From an uncultured Candidatus Saccharibacteria bacterium (GTDB lineage: Bacteria > Patescibacteriota > Saccharimonadia > Saccharimonadales > Saccharimonadaceae), in the NCBI GenBank assembly GCA_963532835.1, contig CAUSLL010000002.1:95-64094 (forward strand): a stretch of 64,000 nucleotides of DNA. The letters are read 5' to 3'. A program made the position numbers and the translations under genes. Position 1 is the first letter of the stretch; each line of letters begins with the position of its first letter. Positions 61,657 through 64,000 of the stretch are shown piece by piece. A model generated the notes under the pieces. It did not search any database. It had not been told where the DNA came from and saw only the letters and a list, made by a program, of their open reading frames with translations.

Positions 61657-62514
61657 TTATAACAACCTTGTGAAATAGTTACTATATCCAGACTTTTTGA
61701 GTGGTTCAGCGAGTGTATCAAGCTGCTCTCGGCTGATCCAGCCATTTTTAAAGGCAGTTTTTTCCGGACTACCAATGATGCGACCAGTCCGTTTTTGGAT
61801 GACACGAACAAAATCAGAGGCATCGGTCAGGCTGTCAATCGTTCCGGTGTCTAGCCAAACATCACCGTTGTCTAGGGTTTGAACTTGTAATTTGCCGCGG
61901 CGGAGATATTCAGCATTGATGGAGGTAATTTCTAACTCACCGCGGTCAGACGGCTCAACATTTTTGGCGATTTCAACCACGTCATTATCGTAGAAATACA
62001 GGCCAACAACAGCAAAGTTTGACTTTGGCTCGGCTGGTTTTTCTTCGATGGAGATAGCTTGGTTTTGCTCATCAAACTCGACAACGCCGTATCGTTCTGG
62101 GTCAGACACTTTGTAAGCAAAAACCGTACCCCCGTCAGGATTGGTGCATTCTTGCAGCGATTCGTCCAGTCGCTCACCGTGGAAGATATTATCTCCTAGG
62201 ACTAACGCCACCTTGTCGTTACCGATGAATTCTTCACCGATAATGAAAGCTTGTGCGAGGCCATCTGGTTTAGGCTGAACGGCATATTCGAGGTTAATGC
62301 CCCATTGTGAGCCATCGCCAAGCAGTCGTTGAAATCCAGCCTGGTCGTCTGGTGTGGTGATTATCAAAATGTCGCGAATTCCTGCCTGCATGAGTGTGGT
62401 AAGCGGATAATAAATCATCGGCTTATCATAAATTGGCATTAATTGCTTGCTAATCGCCTGGGTGATTGGCCAAAGGCGCGTCCCAGATCCACCTGCTAAA
62501 ATTATTCCTTTCAT
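61657..62514 (-). CDS. rfbA: glucose-1-phosphate thymidylyltransferase
   Basis: 285 aa from [18 protein letters not shown], with ...LGDNIF... . GGAGG SD upstream. Confidence 0.93.
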   Translation of the reverse strand: MKGIILAGGSGTRLWPITQAISKQLMPIYDKPMIYYPLTTLMQAGIRDILIITTPDDQAGFQRLLGDGSQWGINLEYAVQPKPDGLAQAFIIGEEFIGNDKVALVLGDNIFHGERLDESLQECTNPDGGTVFAYKVSDPERYGVVEFDEQNQAISIEEKPAEPKSNFAVVGLYFYDNDVVEIAKNVEPSDRGELEITSINAEYLRRGKLQVQTLDNGDVWLDTGTIDSLTDASDFVRVIQKRTGRIIGSPEKTAFKNGWISREQLDTLAEPLKKSGYSNYFTRLL

Positions 62515-62560
62515 AAACCTCCTACTTTCTAATAATAAGTATAACAAATAGATTAGCTAA

Positions 62561-62589
62561 TTGACAAAAATACAAAAATCAGCTATAAT
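62561..62589 (+). promoter_or_regulatory. consensus promoter TTGACA-17-TATAAT, 10 nt upstream of the ATG at 62600
   Basis: TTGACA 62561-62566 and TATAAT 62584-62589. The ORF-track TTG start is the -35 box itself. Confidence 0.6.
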
Positions 62590-62599
62590 GCGATTAATT

Positions 62600-63895
62600 A
62601 TGAGCATAGAAAGAACATCTAGTAGCCATGAATCCTTTGAGCAGTATCGGGAGAGCTATCTTACTAAGGTAGCCGAGAAGTTATATCAAGACCCGGATCA
62701 TCCTGAAAAAGAACCAAGAAACCGTTCAATTATTTATGTGCCGTATCATGGTGTTTCTGAGCATTTGCAACAGGATTGTCCGGACATTCTCTTTACTGAT
62801 AGTGGTGATCAAAAGGTTGCTAAAGTGCTTTCTGAGACTGACGTCATCATCAACATTGCTCGTGGTGAAGAGGTTGTTGAAGCAGAGATTGGTCATCCCG
62901 ATAGGAATGTCAAACTACCACCAGAGTCGGTGGCAAATACCGATATGGTGAGTGATCTGTATATACAGGCGATTGAGGCGGGTAATACTGATATACAAGT
63001 TGTTCACACCGGTAGAATGAATAATAAGACGATTGCTATGGCAACGGCGATGCCAATTTTAGCTGAGAGCGCAGGGCTTAATTATGAAGATGTGATTCAT
63101 ACGTCTGATGCCGAAATACGTCAGTTAGTAGAGGAAAAACAAGTCGACCTGAACGATTTGATACATGAAGTTGATACTGATCCAACAATGCAAGATATGC
63201 AGGTTTGTACGCGGGCGCTCCGGCGAATATACGAGGCACGCCATATTGATCCAGACACTGCCAGCTCATCTGAGTTGACTGATGCGCTATTGGATGAATA
63301 TAAGAATTATCCACGCATTAGTACTTCAACACTGATGAAAGAGCAGATGTTGCAGAACGTTGCTGAAAAGTTACGAGGTGAAGGTAAGAGTGAAAAAGAA
63401 ATTAATGAAGTAGTTGAAAAACTGGATGAGTTCACAGATGAGGAACCTGACTCGGTTGATACGGTTACGAACTTTACGAACAGTATCCCGATGATTTTGT
63501 CTGATAAACTGATCAAAAATGGCTACAATGCCGATGAGGTTGGTGCTATGAGTACCGAACAAAAGATGGAATTGTTGGCTGACACTGAAATGACAGCGGT
63601 TATTGTAGCTGATATTGCACATATGCCACGGGTGATGTGGTTGGCTGATTATCTGATGCCAGACAACTTTAAGCTGGTATTTGTTGAGAGTAGGACGGAT
63701 CTGGATGAGGAAACGCTACAAAAATCGATGGAACGTGAAGAGCGATCATTTGGGCTTGGAAATAACTGGTTGTCAAATCAAATGGGAACTCGGAATCCAG
63801 CCAAGGTCGGTGAATTGGCGGACAACGCTTACTGGGGTAAGGACAGTATAAGTAATAAAGAAATTAACGACAAGCTTAAAATACAACTAACTTAA
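62600..63895 (+). CDS. hypothetical acidic cytoplasmic protein (orphan)
   Basis: 431 aa from MSIERTSSSHESF. No TM segment, no signal peptide and no motif I recognise. Confidence 0.55.
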   Translation: MSIERTSSSHESFEQYRESYLTKVAEKLYQDPDHPEKEPRNRSIIYVPYHGVSEHLQQDCPDILFTDSGDQKVAKVLSETDVIINIARGEEVVEAEIGHPDRNVKLPPESVANTDMVSDLYIQAIEAGNTDIQVVHTGRMNNKTIAMATAMPILAESAGLNYEDVIHTSDAEIRQLVEEKQVDLNDLIHEVDTDPTMQDMQVCTRALRRIYEARHIDPDTASSSELTDALLDEYKNYPRISTSTLMKEQMLQNVAEKLRGEGKSEKEINEVVEKLDEFTDEEPDSVDTVTNFTNSIPMILSDKLIKNGYNADEVGAMSTEQKMELLADTEMTAVIVADIAHMPRVMWLADYLMPDNFKLVFVESRTDLDEETLQKSMEREERSFGLGNNWLSNQMGTRNPAKVGELADNAYWGKDSISNKEINDKLKIQLT

Positions 63896-64000
63896 CCAAA
63901 TAGGTTGTTTAGCTTATCGTGCCAGTTTTCTGGTATGAATCCGGTTCTTTCAATTTTCGCTAAATTCAAGGTACTTTGTTGTGGTCGCTGAGCGGCGCTT
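63892..64000 (-). CDS. C-terminal fragment of an RmlD-like sugar-nucleotide reductase (N-terminus outside the window)
   Basis: Manual minus-strand translation ...AAQRPQQSTLNLAKIERTGFIPENWHDKLNNLFG* parallels the C-terminus of the rfbD product at 57147 (APRPLNSDMDLSKLRQTGFTPSDYTGLLEDYVNQL). Confidence 0.4.
   Translation of the reverse strand, partial: SAAQRPQQSTLNLAKIERTGFIPENWHDKLNNLFG

Noticed and set aside
1-64000. CRISPR arrays, IS elements or transposases, prophage, rRNA, tmRNA, RNase P RNA, toxin-antitoxin pairs
   Set aside because: I saw no spaced direct-repeat array, no DDE or serine/tyrosine recombinase-like ORF, and no terminal inverted repeats. No intergenic region is long enough or carries recognisable conserved RNA motifs; the largest gap is 420 nt at 10.8 kb. 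This was a by-eye scan only, so short or degenerate elements could have been missed.

Overview
This 64-kb chromosomal window has the gene content and tight packing of an ultrasmall CPR/Patescibacteria genome, probably Saccharibacteria/TM7-like. That assignment is inferred from gene content only; no search was run.

**Origin.** The window spans the replication origin. dnaN and dnaA lie on the minus strand, rpmH-rnpA-yidC-jag on the plus strand, and DnaA-box clusters sit on both sides of dnaA.

**Left part.**
- nrdAB, a MacB-type ABC pair and a PGI/PMI isomerase.
- groES-groEL under a perfect CIRCE operator.
- Two Mur ligases (murF-like and murE-like) with very short N-termini, flanking a 1065-aa secreted SGNH/GDSL hydrolase.
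- tsaD, valS, rlmH, comF and hsp20.
- Six tRNAs: all four Ser isoacceptors, Arg-GCG and Asp.

**Centre (24.3-42.3 kb, plus an orphan gene at 20.8 kb).** This is a Gram-positive-type type IV secretion-like locus and the most interesting system in the window.
- Six VirB2/TrbC-like pilin paralogs.
- A Tat-lipoprotein.
- Two giant VirB6-like proteins and a PrgI/VirB3-like protein.
- An apparently split VirB4 (304 aa plus a 612-aa ATPase).
- Two cell-wall hydrolase proteins carrying three catalytic modules.
- A single-pass membrane protein.
- No relaxase, coupling ATPase or integrase is present in the window.

**Right part (47.2-64 kb).** A rhamnose-type cell-envelope polysaccharide cluster with both ABC (Wzm/Wzt) and Wzx-type export, five glycosyltransferases, a DUF2142 protein, rmlA and rmlD.

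**Window-wide.** About ten genes carry a -10 box 6-12 nt upstream of the ATG with no Shine-Dalgarno sequence, which is a leaderless-mRNA signature. No rRNA, CRISPR, transposase or integrase was seen.
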